Shown piece after piece: positions 1 to 13,480 of a DNA stretch of 64,000 nucleotides (positions are counted from its first letter, which is position 1; each line of letters begins with the position of its first letter). The position numbers and the translations under genes were made by a program. The notes beneath the pieces were generated by a model. That model was not told where the DNA came from. It did no database searches and saw only the letters and a program-made list of their open reading frames with translations. Origin of the DNA: Octopus sinensis (taxonomy: Eukaryota); NCBI RefSeq assembly GCF_006345805.1, contig NC_042997.1, positions 69,068,001 to 69,132,000 of the forward strand, read 5' to 3'.

Positions 1-603
1 TTTCCAGCACCATCCCCACCGAACGGATACAGAGTGGTGCTGGTGGGGGAGGGGGAGAAGATAACTAGTGTCAGCACCTAAATGTAAATATGTTGCAAAG
101 AATGAAGGCATGGAAATTCGTCCTAACAATGCATTATCCTGTAGTGATGGGTTTTTATCATGACAGGGTTGACTGATTTACTTTCAGTTTGACTGTTTTA
201 AAACAGGCCTGTGTGTTTTGAAGCTTGTTTTGGATTATATATCTTGTATAGAAGTACGGGAGTGGCGGGATCTCCCCCTTTATATTTCTACTTACTTTTT
301 TTCAGGTATTGTAGTTATATTTGTGGTTTTACCAATAGATATTAAATGTAAAACTGGAAGCGAAATATGATGTTCCCAGGTTTATATCAGAATACAGTTT
401 TAGGGTTCTGCAGATTTTACTTTTCCATTTATAAGTTGGCTACCCTGCATTCTGAATCAGTATTCTTTACCTCCAGAATTTGTAAGCAGCAAACGTAAGA
501 ATTGTTTATAACGAATGAAAGAATTGTTTAAGGCAAACTAAGTTGTGTTTTCAATTTTATATTTTTATTAATCATTCAATTTATTTTCTTGCTTCTCATT
601 ATA

Positions 604-2583
604 ATGAGCAAAGAAAAAACAAGGTTGTACCAGCAAAAATTCCGAAAGGAATGGCTTAAGATGCTAGCGTTTACTAAGTGGTTGTTTTAAGTACCTAGTG
701 ACCAGTCTGAAGCAAATTGCAGATATTGCAGATGTAAAATGTTGGCAAAGTATTCTCTTTTAGTAAGCCACCGTGATGCTTAGAAACACAAAGCATCAAC
801 TCCACAGCAAATGATTCCTCTTACTAATTTTATTAAAACCAAAAATGACAAGACATCTAAGCTTGAAGCAAATTTAGCAATGTTTATTTGTTACCACTCA
901 TCATTTAATAGCTGTGATCACTTAATAGAGTTATGTAAGAATTATATGTCTGATAGTGATATTACATCCAAAGTGAAGTACAACAGGTATAAAATGTGCA
1001 AATGTCGTGAGAAATGTTCTAGCTCCATATTTTGATGGAGATTTGATTTCTGATATAAGAGATAGAAAATTTAGCCTATCATTACATGAATCCAATTATA
1101 TATCGATAAACAGGTTGTTAGGAATTATTATCATATATTATTGTGACACTCACGAAAAAAGTGGTACATATATATCTCAGTAGGGTATCTTTAGAAACAT
1201 GTGATGCAGATGGCATTGTAGATGCCTTAAAAATTGAATTGGTGAAAAAGTAATTAGATATAAAAAATTTACTAGCTGTAGGAACCGACAATGCAAAAGT
1301 AATGATAGGAGTCAACAATGGTGTTTTTCAGAAATTAAAAGAAGTCCCATCATTACTTCTATTTAGATGTGTATGTCATTCTTTACAGTTGGCAGTATCC
1401 CACACTTGTATTGAATGCTTGCCCAAAAATTTAGAATTTTTAGTATCCGAAACCTATAAATCGTCCTCTCATTCTTCAACAAAACAACGTGTCTACAAAC
1501 AACTTTACCTTGCTATAAATGATAAAGAGACTTTGAAGATCGTGAATTCTTGTACAACTAGGGGGCTGTCAATAAAACCAGCGGTAAATAGAATTGTAAG
1601 GCAATGGTTTGAATTGCGAACTCACTTCCAAAGTACAACAATAAAAGGAAAATGCTTTACAGCACAAACGTTACATGAAATGAGTTGTGATTCTAGGAAT
1701 GAACTGTACCTTTTATTTTTGCATCCAATTTTAAAACATGTTGAGGAAGTGAATAAACTGTTTGAATCAAACACTGTTGACAAAACAAAATTACTTCAAG
1801 ATCTTTCAAATTTGATCAAATCTGTTGCTAATATGATAGTGTTGCCAATATGTAGAATTGATCCTCTTGATCCGGATGCTTCTATTGAAAAATTTCTGGA
1901 TCCTAAACCAAATTTAGGCTACAAGCTCGAGAGAAAGATAGCAGAAATGATTATCAAGAAGACTGTAACAGTCACCGAAGAAAATAATATTCGCAAAAGA
2001 GCACAACAATTTTTACTCTACCTATATAAAGAGCTCAAGCACCATTTACCAAGAAATATTAATATACTGAGGAATATCAAATGTTTTTCAGTAGAGAATA
2101 TTTTGCAGCATTTCAAACAGCCAATTTTACCTTAGAAGCAATGCATTTAAATGAAGAAAAAGTTGCTTCAATTGAAATTCAGTTTAATAGCATTCATTTA
2201 GTTAAATGGACAAATACGTCTATTACTGAGGCATTCTGGCTGGAAGTCTTGGAATATAAAGATGCTACTGGTGGAAATCCTTTTAGAAATGTTGCAAAAT
2301 TTTCCATTAATCTATTGACATTGCCAAACTCAAATGCAGAAGTTGAACGGTTGCTCCGTAGTATGGGCGTAATGAAATCAAAATGAATCTTCCTATGCTT
2401 AGATCAATACTCCCTATAAAATATCGCCTGAAAAGATATGGCAAATGTTGCAAAAACTTAGATATTCCAAAACACATAATTAACAAGATTGGGACCTTGA
2501 ATGTATACAGAGGTCATGACCTAGGCACTGCAGCTGAAAGTGATCAAATCAGTGAAATTCAAGAAATTATTTCTCACTTTTGA
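604..2583 (+). pseudogene. hAT-superfamily transposase pseudogene (ZNF862-like)
   Basis: From ATG 604: MSKEKTRLYQQKFRKEWL..W....ANCRYC..H...KH (N-terminal zinc finger). Then GTDNAKVMIGVNNGV..RCVCHSLQLAV (catalytic D and CxxH) and LLTLPNSNAEVERLL (hAT C-terminal motif). Several stops and frameshifts. Confidence 0.85.
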
Positions 2584-2639
2584 ATATAATTAAAAAAAGT
2601 AAAAGAAATATAAATAAAAAATAATCTTTTTGATATATT

Positions 2640-2743
2640 TAGTCTTTAGCATTTTTTGTCATGCTTAGCATTTTTTAGCATTTTTTCGGTATTCTTACTC
2701 CTGAAATTTAGCATAAAATTCTGATTTTAGGTTGGCAACTCTG
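2640..2743 (+). repeat. Right end of the hAT element: repeated TTTAGCA subterminal motifs and terminus AGGTTGGCAACTCTG
   Basis: Four TTAGCA/TTTAGCA motifs at 2644-2713, then a terminus that reads CAGAGTTGCCAACCT on the minus strand. Confidence 0.6.
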
Positions 2744-3759
2744 CAACATACAGATCAGTTATTTCTACTTTCTAGTCTCAGTTTAAACTTACCATTTAAA
2801 ACCAAACCCTAGATACATGCAGCGGAGAGAAATGGAATTTTGAAACGGCAACTATAACATTGATGTATAGACAAAAAAATGATAAACTATATATAGTTGG
2901 GAACAATGAAGTACGTAGCGGAAGGCTCTTCACCTTCTAACATAGCCGATATAACCCAAGAATGGATGTCGGACAATCTATAAGACTATGTAACACCAAA
3001 CTTGTGGGCTCTAAACTGGACAGATATCCATACATTACTATGCGTAGAGCGTTGTTGAAAGGAAGTCTCATCGACATCCTCACTGAAGGCCGCCATTGTA
3101 GATATGTAGAAATAATCTCATAAAAATCTTATAGGGAAAATGTGAGCAAATTTTTATCAATGTATATTCGGTTTCAAGGGCCAAATGTGTCCTCAAAAAT
3201 CTGTCGAACTCTCTATATGTACAGCGGTAAAAATATCAATAGATATGTATACACTCATTTATCAACGAACATACCTATCATTAGGCTTGTATAACACATG
3301 TAAAATTGTCTCATCCTATCACCGATTAATCATATCGTTCCTACCCTCTTTCATTACCATTCTTTGAGTTGAAGTTCCCGACGAAATGCTCTTTCACAGT
3401 AAACTTTAAATCCTTGAATGTTCAATCATCTATAACTAACAACAAACGAAGACTATAGTCACAAAATGTTCTAGGCTTCGGCTATCCCTTCGTATCATTT
3501 GAACAAGAAATATTAACACACTTGCTTACTGCTCCAACCCTGTAAATGTTATACAATACGAAACTCAATTTTAAAATTTTATCAGTGGCATTTCAAGTCA
3601 CGTATTTAACCAGACATGAATAAATAATAAACTGTCATTCCAAATACAAGTATACACACACAAAAAAGAAAAACGTAGTCATATATGTATGGATATACAT
3701 AAACTACGCATTCATACATATACACACATAATTAAAAAATATAATAAAGTCGATTAGAA

Positions 3760-4050
3760 CACGAAGAAACTAGTGACGCCCAGCGTCAGAAAACAGTATT
3801 ACAAATAGTTCGGAGAATATGTTTGATGTCGAGGTGAAAATAGAAGTCAAACATTTCGGGGACGACCTTTCGTCGGAGAGAAGAGAAATGTCAATTGATT
3901 TTTGAAAGATAGATAAATCAGGATTAGAGTCGGAGAGAGAGAGGGGAGAAAGAGGAGTTAAGGAGAGGACGAAGTATTAAGCGCGTTAGGGGAGGGAAGA
4001 AATAAAACTCGGAGAGCGGTAGAGTGTAACGATATCGAGGTGATATAATA
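3760..4050 (-). mobile_element. Penelope-like terminal-repeat remnant with degenerate hammerhead
   Basis: Minus strand CCGACGA aaggtcgtcccc GAAATGTT around 3856-3886, followed by a purine-rich tract like those of the other Penelope remnants here. Confidence 0.35.
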
Positions 4051-4061
4051 CATGCAAGCAC

Positions 4062-4126
<65 letters not shown>

Positions 4127-4140
4127 CACACACACACACA
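4062..4140. repeat. (TATC)n(CA)n microsatellite
   Basis: Read directly from the sequence. Confidence 0.95.
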
Positions 4141-5457
4141 CGAGAGGGTATCAAAACGTTTCCGGACTAGTTCTGTAGCGCACTAACAGATGCCAGTACA
4201 GAGTTTCGTGCGCAGTGAGGGTTAGCAGTGATCTTCATGAGACAGTGTGTCGAGTGACATTGCTGTGTTTACTTCACAAGTTCTAAAATTTGTCTTTTTG
4301 TGATTGTATGTATGCTGTAATCTGCGATTTTTGTCATGGATAAAAAAAGAGAGCCAACGTGAAATTTGGTGTTGAAATTGGGAAGTCTACTACAGAGACA
4401 TTGATCATACTTCGGTGAGATTACAGCAACATGGTAAAAGGTAGTAAGCAATGTTTCGAGTGGCACATGTGCTTCAAAAGAGGAAGAACAGCCCTGGAAG
4501 ACGATGAGCGATGTCGAAAACCTGCTACGAGCATCACCCCCGGGAATGTGGTATTTTACTCTTTTACACCTTTCAGTCATTTGACTGCGGCCATGCTAGA
4601 GCATTACCTTTAGTCGAATAAATCGAACCCAGGACTTATTCTTTGTAATCCTAGTGTTTATTCTAACGGGGTCTTTTGCCGAAATGCTAAGTTAGGGGAC
4701 GTAAACACACCAACGTCGGTTGTCAATCGATGGTGGGGCACACAAATAGACACAAAGAAACACACACATAAATACACACACACACACACACATATATATA
4801 CAGATACACGACGGGCTTCTTTTAGTTTCCGTCTACCAAATCCACTCACAAGGCTTTGGTCGGCTCCAGGCTATAGTAGACGACACTTGCCCAAGTTGCC
4901 AAGCAGTGGGACTGAACCCGGAACCATGTGGTCGAGAAACAAGCTACTTACCACACAGCTACGACCAAACCGACAAACGAAATTTCAACTGTGATGTTTT
5001 GAAGCGTTTGTCTGTGTGTGTGGAGGGGGCCATTCGGCGAAAGTGATCGCATCTGTGAGCGCGAAGCATTGGATTCTTCACAACGATAATGGACCCTGTC
5101 ACCGAATTCCCTTCACTCGTGAATTTTTCGCAATAAACAACATTGTATCGTTCCCGCACCCGCACTGTTCACCGGATTTACCACCTGCAGATTTCCATCT
5201 TTTCTCCAAGATGATAAATGCATCTCAAAGGTCATTGTTTTAACACCGTTATCGAGATTCCAGACCAAATCACAGAAAGTCCTCGACTCGCTTACGGTAA
5301 AGGCTTCCAGGCCGGATTCGAAAAGTGGCAGAAACTCAGAGACCGGTGTATAGCTGCGCAAGGTGACTATTTCGAAGGAGATGTTGTAAAAACATAGGTA
5401 AATATGTTATTTCTTATTAAACATAACTAGCTCAGGAACCTTTTGATACTATCTCGT
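4140..5457 (+). mobile_element. mariner (DD34D) element with both TIRs, internally deleted, with a SINE inside
   Basis: Left TIR acgagagggtatcaaaacgtttccggactag (4140-4170) matches the reverse complement of 5427-5457. Transposase remnants: FEWHMCFKRGRTALEDDERCRKP, WILHNDNGPCH, PHCSPDLPPADF, CIAAQGDYFEGD. Confidence 0.9.
4554..4963 (-). mobile_element. SINE family A (tRNA head, internal microsatellite, GTAAAAGA tail)
   Basis: Reverse complement of the copy at 6054-6444 along its whole length. Confidence 0.9.
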
Positions 5458-5802
5458 TTAACACAAATGATAGGACGGTAAATGGTATGCACGGGAAACT
5501 TTATTGCTCACAATGATTGTTTCGCCACATCCTGCATCGATATATTATGTTACTTGCATTTGTTTGTACGTAAAAAACGTACTTAAATTCATAATTACGG
5601 TCTCTAGTATCTAACTAGCATCATGTTCCCAAAGTCACAAACTTCACCACTACCAGAATCTGAATTTAAGCACGCAACGGCGTTCGTGACCGTTTCTAAC
5701 TAGTAACAACCTTTAGGTCCAGATCAGTGAATGGAGAAAGTTACGTAAGATTCAATCTTACCTTACAAAATTGGGCGTATTCATGTTGGGTTAGGGTTAG
5801 AG

Positions 5803-5964
5803 TTAAATTATATGTAATACGTTAAATCCCTTTATAAAAATAATAATAAAGCATTCTAAATAAATAGAAATCATAATTAATAACTATCATAACTTATAAC
5901 TATCAATAAAATATATATAAAAATAATAATATTTCAGCAACAATAATAATAACAATAATAATAA

Positions 5965-6051
<87 letters not shown>

Positions 6052-6703
6052 TAGTAGTAGTAAGTAGCTTGTTTACCAACCACATGGTTCCGGGTTCAGT
6101 TCCACTGCGTGGCACCTTGGGCAGGTGTCTTCTACTATAGCCTCGGGCCGACCAAAGCCTTGTGAGTGGATTTGGTAGACGGAAACTGAAAGAAGCCCGT
6201 CGTATATATGTATATATATATGTGTGTGTGCGTGTATGTTTGTGTGTCTGTGTTTGTCCCCCCAGCATTGCTTGACAACCGATGCTGGTGTGTTTATGTT
6301 CCCGTCACTTAGCGGTTCGGCAAAAGAGACCGATAGAATAAGTACTGGGCTTACAAAGAATAAGTCCCGGGGTCGAGTTGCTCGATTAAAGGCGGTGCCC
6401 CAGCATGGTCGCAGTCAAATGACTGAAACAAGTAAAAGAGTAAACCCATTACAATTCAAAAGCCAAATAATATTTATAAGCAAAAACCGTTACTTAGCTT
6501 TACGATGAAAATAATATAACTGAATTTTAAACGTAAAAATATATATACATAGGTTTTTGCTTATAAATATTATTTGGCTTTTGAATTGTATTTGATTATT
6601 ATTATTGTTGTTGAAGTATTATTCTTATATATATATTTTATTGATAGTTATAAGTTATGATATCTATTTATTTAGAATGCTTTAGTATTACATACAATTT
6701 AAT
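5803..6703. repeat. Long foldback palindrome (MITE-like) interrupted by (AAT)n and a SINE
   Basis: Outer arms ~5803-5950 and ~6596-6703 are inverted copies. Inner arms 6450-6488 and 6552-6590 are a perfect 39-bp inverted repeat. Confidence 0.85.
6054..6444 (+). mobile_element. SINE family A, full length
   Basis: B-box-like GGTTCAGTTCC at 6093-6103, conserved body, internal (TA)n(TG)n, and 3' end GTCAAATGACTGAAACAAGTAAAAGAGTAAA. Multiple copies in the window. Confidence 0.9.
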
Positions 6704-6727
6704 TTAAGAATTAGTTTCTTTCACCTT

Positions 6728-6793
<66 letters not shown>

Positions 6794-6799
6794 ATATAT

Positions 6800-7104
6800 C
6801 ACGTGATCACGTGACCGACCAGACTATCAGATGTTGTTACACATCGCTGGTCACAATGCGCTCGCATTGTTTTAGCCTTCGAATGACGCCACCCCGCTGG
6901 CTAAGCGAGCAGGCCAACAGAAGAAAGAGTGGGAGAAAGAGTGGTGAAAGAGTACAGCAGGGATCACCCCCCCCTGCCGGAGCCTCGTGGAGCTTTTACG
7001 TGTTTTCGCTCAATAAACACTCACAACGCCTGGTCTGGGAATCGAAACCGCGAACACACGACCGCGAGTCTGCTGCCCTAACCACTGGGCCATTGCGCCT
7101 CCAC
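6800..7104 (-). mobile_element. SINE family B (tRNA-derived)
   Basis: Minus strand GGAGGCGCAATGGCCCAGTGGTTAGGGC..GGTTTCGATTCC (A and B boxes). Second copy at 15385-15670. Confidence 0.9.
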
Positions 7105-7108
7105 ACAC

Positions 7109-7239
<131 letters not shown>

Positions 7240-7487
7240 TGTGTGTGTGTGTGTGTTTGTGTATGTATATATATATATTTGTGTGTGTATGTATATTTAT
7301 CTGCGTATAGCCACATGTTTTCTCACTTAATTCACAGCTCTAGTTATCTGTGCTTTAATATTGTACTGGTCTGCTGATTGCCAATCTGGCTAAAATCCTT
7401 ATGAACAACCTTAGAATGTATGCATATAATTTGTTATATATATAGGGCTTTGGTTTACGTGAAATTATCTCTATCAACATATTTATA

Positions 7488-7577
<90 letters not shown>

Positions 7578-7578
<1 letters not shown>

Positions 7579-7795
7579 CGGGAAGCTTTATGAAAATAGA
7601 CAAAAGACGAAGGCAGATTTACGGAGATAAACAAAAGACGAAGGCAGGTGGAATACAAACAAACAATTGTATTAGTATGGCGCTCAGGAAATATAAATAA
7701 AACAAGTCTTTAACGTTTCGAGCCTACGCTCTTCAACAGAAAGATACACAGAGAAAAAACACAGAAAGAAGGAGAGAAAAAAAATATGCGTGCAG
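7578..7795 (-). mobile_element. Short hammerhead-bearing dispersed repeat (Penelope pLTR-like), copy 1
   Basis: Shares aaagacgaag.caggtg..caaacaaac..gtattagtat..cgctc.ggaa..aagtctttaacgtttcgagcctacgctcttc with the copies at 25.5, 46.2 and 49.3 kb. Confidence 0.8.
7707..7744 (-). ncRNA. Minimal type I hammerhead ribozyme motif, A6U variant (copy 1)
   Basis: Minus strand: UCUUU CUGUUGA A GAGC-GUAG-GCUC GAA ACGU U AAAGA. Stem I 5 bp perfect, stem II 4 bp, palindromic helix III, GUU triplet. Confidence 0.7.
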
Positions 7796-7796
7796 T

Positions 7797-8122
<326 letters not shown>

Positions 8123-8687
8123 ATATATATATATATAACACCTTTTATGAACATTTAAATTACACCATCTAGAAAATTACATATAATAGAAATATTTAAA
8201 ATTAAATAACAATAATATACTATTATTATTATTATTTTATTTTTAATAAGAAGATATCCCCCCACACACACACACTCAAACAAACTATCACACATATTCA
8301 GTTATATATATGAAAGCATAAAAGCATATCCGATGCTCGTAAAGAAGTATAAATTTGTGTGAAGCATCATAAATTCACTAATTGATTTATCTGCTTGTCT
8401 TTTCAGCAGTAGTCATAGTTAACTCTGGCCTCTCTGCCCATTGACCCTGCGGAAAATCGAGGATGTGAGAGCTTCACTAGCACTCGACTGGTACACAGCT
8501 TAATCTATGTAAGCTGGGGCAAGTTGAATAGCCCTGCTTTTTGAACACAAGGCAGCTCCTGGTTCATGAGACGTAGGCATGAACTTGTGAAGTCATTAAC
8601 CATAATACCTTACTTCACTATGTGATATATGTGTGTGTAAGTGTTTGTATATGTGTGTGTGTGAGTATGTATACATGTATACATATG

Positions 8688-8719
<32 letters not shown>

Positions 8720-9369
8720 CACACTAACACACATACCTATATGTATAGACAAAGAAGCACGAGGCTTTCGTGTAAGTTACGTAAAATAAACCAGAACTGA
8801 AAACACACACGCACACACACACCCTTAATCACACGCAAGCAAGAAAGCACGCAGGCGCGTGCAAGTACAGAGGCACATCTGCACACGCATAAACACGCAC
8901 ACACCATTCTCTTAAAAAAAAACACATTAAGATAACAAATATTCCTCTGTCGGCCTGTTGCCAAAATCGAGGAAACGAAATAAATAGCCGACAGTCTATC
9001 CTCTTGTATTTTGTAATTCATCCAAGAAACAGTGTACCATATAACTAAACGGCTACGTTTTCTGTGAAAAATATTATGTCTAAGTGTCTGCCTCATTGGA
9101 AAATTAGTCCACAATAAACGCATATATAATTTTATACTTTCTTTATTGAATCCATGCATAATTGATGTATAATAGTTCGGGCATGAAATCTCTTTACGGT
9201 TGTAGTAGCGAGTAAGTATAGCGAGTAAATATTATACAAGTGCTAACGTATACGTATAGACAGTGACTGTTATGCATAATGTACGTGTTTGTGGGTAAGG
9301 GTAATTTTGTGTTAGGGTGCTTGAGTGTATGTATGTAGATAAACTCACGGAAACATTCACTTTCATATG

Positions 9370-9417
<48 letters not shown>

Positions 9418-9428
9418 TATATATATAT

Positions 9429-9478
<50 letters not shown>

Positions 9479-9532
9479 ATATATATATCATATATATATA
9501 CACATATATATATATATACATTATATATATAT

Positions 9533-9583
<51 letters not shown>

Positions 9584-9769
9584 GATCTGTGAGTATATGC
9601 ATGTTTGCAATCATATACTTATGTATCAGTATCATATGTTTATGTACGTACATACATAAATATGTGCACACCTACATATAAATATATACTTATATTTGTG
9701 TAACATATGAACACACACACTCATACACACACACACACGCACAGGCACACACCCACATTTCTTCACCTT

Positions 9770-10035
9770 TTGAAGAAATTTAGTGGAACGAATTGACCCC
9801 AATACTTATTTTTTAAAGCCTGGTACTTATTCTAGCGGTATAATTTGCCGAACTGCTAAGATTTAAGTGACATAACGACCCTCAACACCAGTTGTCAAGC
9901 AGTGGTGGTGGGAGACATACTTGGACATAAATACACACTCATGCACATATATACAGACAGCAGGCTTCTCAAAGTTTCCATCTACTAAATCAACCCACAA
10001 AGGCCAACCTTATAGTAGAAAACACAGACTCAAGT
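9770..10035 (-). mobile_element. SINE family A, old diverged copy
   Basis: Degenerate matches: gaccccaatacttatt, ggtacttattcta, gttgtcaagc, aggcttct..agtttccatctactaaatc. Confidence 0.55.
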
Positions 10036-10543
10036 ACAAGGAAAAACAATCTAAATATTAATCTATCTCTCCTTAGTATAACTTCCTCACCCCCTTTAAT
10101 AATGACAGTTCTTTCAACTATGAACCTAATTTAGAATACAGAGGGCATAAATACTTAATCCCTCACAATTACCACACCCCCACAAGAGAGCCTGTACCTG
10201 TCATTTCAGCAACGGCTTTATTTGCAACCATGGGTTAGCTTGTTTGAATTAATTTAATTTCATTTAGGATCTAACTTTCAGTCAGCGTATTGGTCTAGTT
10301 CCATTTATTTTTGACCCCATTAGATTTACTCATTTAAGACCCCACCCCGTATAACATAATTTAACAACTTAATATTAACTGCACACATCTGTAGATTGTA
10401 CTTCCTTGAACTTGGTACTGCAGTATGTACTTTCCTATGAACTATTATTGCCCTTAGGCATATTTTGTATGAATGGAAGTGTAATTTTGTGGTAGGCCCC
10501 ATATGGATGCACTTAAGGAAGGGTTGATAATAATAACAATATA

Positions 10544-10617
<74 letters not shown>

Positions 10618-12124
10618 TGTCTTAAGTATGATTTAACAAACTACAGTAGGACCTTGTGTTGTAACCATAAGAGTAATTAGCAAGTGTTTAATTGTAATCG
10701 TTTAATTAATTTGGCATTTTGTGCTTATGCTTTCCCGTAGGTCCACTTTGTTGTTGTTGGCTTCCTTTTGTCTCGGGTGACAATGGAGCGCATAAAATAA
10801 TCCACTCTGGTTTTTTGCGCCGGCCTGTAAGAAAATCATGGGTAGCCCAATCGTCAGGTTTCCGCTCTCGACTTTGCTGACGTTGTCGAAGGGAGTGCAG
10901 GGTATTACGTTCGGAATCATCTTGGTTGCAGGAGCTGCCGGAAGAGTGTCGAGTGGAACACTAAAACGCCTACGTGGCTCCAATCCAGATTTCCTTGAAG
11001 GTTATCTCCTTTCCATAACCCTGGATAGGAGGCTCATACACGGTACTCTCAGCTGAGCCCAGGACTCGTGTCAGGCAGAGACGTCACTCCTTGAAGTAGT
11101 GAAGAAAATCGCTACCCACTAGGCTGAATGTATTTAGGAATGTTTAGACAATTGCTGTTTATCTTGTAAGACCACCGTTTGGGACTGTGGTGGCTATTTC
11201 AGAAGATAGATTGATTATATAATTGAAGGTCAATGATCTAGCCATTACTTCCCCTTAACGGTAGTCTCCCCTTAACCATAGTACCTTCTGTCGCACGGTG
11301 TTTGTTTACATGTTTGGTTGGTTTATTTATAATGTCATAAGCGTCTTGGACCACTTATAACATATACTATTTAGATTTCATTTACTTTTTTTTATTTACT
11401 TCTATATTTACATCTACGCTTATAACGGTCTTAATAGCTTGCCCTTTGGTTTTTAAATTTAACTGAGCAATTATATTGATGGCTGAACTTTGGTCAATCC
11501 AATTACGGACAATAGGTGCTTGGTCTTTATATTATATCATAAGTATATTAATGTAATTAATTTATGGGCACGTTATTTGGATAAATATTAAATAGTACTA
11601 TTTACGAAATCTTAAGTGCCATTCTTTTTCTAGACCTATTGGCGAATCCCGTTATACTAAAGTACTTATTTCATTTTTTACTTTTTACACACCCTGTTAC
11701 CCCTAAAGAAATGTTAACCCACTAATTTATTTTCTAGTTTAGTCATTTGCTCAACGACTTGAAGCGTCACACTGCAAAATGGTATGATTCCAATATATTG
11801 AGCCACCTTTCTTCATGTGAGTATAATTGCATATTATGTTGATAAAGAAACAATTGTTCAGTATTAATCTATCTTTTCGTTGTATTTCGCTTCCTTTACG
11901 TTGAGGGTAATGTTATTTCTTCTGTGGAAACAACTTCGGTGGCTATACCAGAATAAGGAGCTATTTCTAGCACTAGAGTTAGCCACTTAACGTTAACTCT
12001 CTTATATTTACGTATAAATTTGTACTGTCTCCCTGGTTTCTATGTGCTAGGCCACTTGGTGTTAAACTGACAGTATTATTAAATTAATATCTAATTTTTC
12101 ACCCTCATTTATGAGTACATATAT

Positions 12125-12158
<34 letters not shown>

Positions 12159-12269
12159 ACTTTAATAATAATTATAATCTATAAGGTTTTTTTCTTCCTA
12201 TGATGCCACTCTGTGTATATATAATATTAGAAGAAAACGCAAAAACCAACCAGGGCAGAACAAATATCT

Positions 12270-13480
12270 CGTCATTTACAATAATTCAATTAAGGTGAAT
12301 TTGAAGTCTTACAGCCGTTTCAGGGATAACCCAAGTAGTAGGCTAGAATGTCCACGCACTGGGTATACCGTCATCAGAGTCAAGGTATGAAATTTCTAGG
12401 CAGTGAAATTTAGAGTTTACAAAGAATAAAACAGAAGAATAAAAGAATAAACAGAAGAATAAAGAGTAAATGTAATTAGAAAAATACAGGCGGGTGAATA
12501 ACGTTAACAACTCATCGTTTGTTAAGGGATATGGATGTTGGTCAGAACTTACATGAAGTTAAAGGTCCATGTTAAAATCCTAGGTAAATCCAAGTGGTAT
12601 TTTCGCAGTATTTTGAATAACGTATTTATATTGAAGCGATAGATAGTATGTAAACGTGTATGTAGAGCGTGATAGTAAGATAGACATAAATGGGTTTTGT
12701 GAGTGGGTGTATATGGGAGAAGAAAAAGAGAGAAAGAGAAAGAAGAGAAAGGAATAAAAATAAGATAGGGTAAAATGGGTAAAAAATAAGAATGAAATAA
12801 AGGTAATGTTAGAGATACGTCGGTATTGCATCAGGGTGAGAGGTCAAACGTTAAAGTTTCAATAAAGTGCGGGTGGACGGCCAATCTATGTAAGATTACA
12901 AAGAACAATAATTTAGTGGTTAGTACAGATATCTAAAAGTATATTTCAAGCTTAATAAGAATTAAATGATATAAGTTAAAGGATTAAGGATTAAAGTTAA
13001 AACTTAAATCAAAATTAAAAGCTAATACTTAAAATTATAAACTAAGAGCACTAAAAATTATTGAATTGGAACTAGCTAACTTCTCAGATACTTATGTTGA
13101 TAGAGAGGTAGAGAAAAAGGAAAAGGAAAAAACATTCGTACATATATTGTTACAACCGTGTATGGACATATGCACGTTTTATGCATGTTAATGTTGTTTA
13201 CATTTGGACCGGTGGTGCGATAGAACTTATGATGACATGTAGCGAAACCTTTGTGTTGTTTATTTAGTAATTGCGGTGAATTATTTATTAATATTTGGAG
13301 GTCTTCTTTTACGCATAGTCCACATGTGGATCGCTGGTCTTTGCATGGCAAACCTCTTTCCTCAAAATCATATTATATTTCGGCCTATATTATTATAGAC
13401 CGTCTGAGGTGTGAAATTTTGCGTGCATTTAATTTCAACTATTCTCATTTATAAGTGTATTGCTTATTACCAGGTAAACT
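12270..13480 (-). mobile_element. Penelope-like element remnant
   Basis: Minus strand Cys-rich linker (PCKDQRSTCGLC), GIY-YIG C-terminus-like FIETLTFDLSP*CN near 12820-12880, and a downstream hammerhead motif. Confidence 0.5.
12306..12381 (-). ncRNA. Degenerate type I hammerhead motif
   Basis: CUGAUGA (12371-12377), long imperfect stem II (gguauaccca/uggguuaucc), GAAAC, GUA triplet. Stem I is only partly paired. Confidence 0.55.

Noticed and set aside
5788-5800. GGGTTAGGGTTAG telomere-like motif
   Set aside because: Only about two units; expected by chance or as a TE remnant.
6800-7104. tRNA-like heads here and at 15385 and 33700-33769 as tRNA genes
   Set aside because: A and B boxes run into shared non-tRNA bodies and have no complete acceptor stem, so these are SINEs.
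8737-9159. 140-aa minus-strand ORF
   Set aside because: No recognisable domain, and its last third is a (TG)-rich repeat translation.
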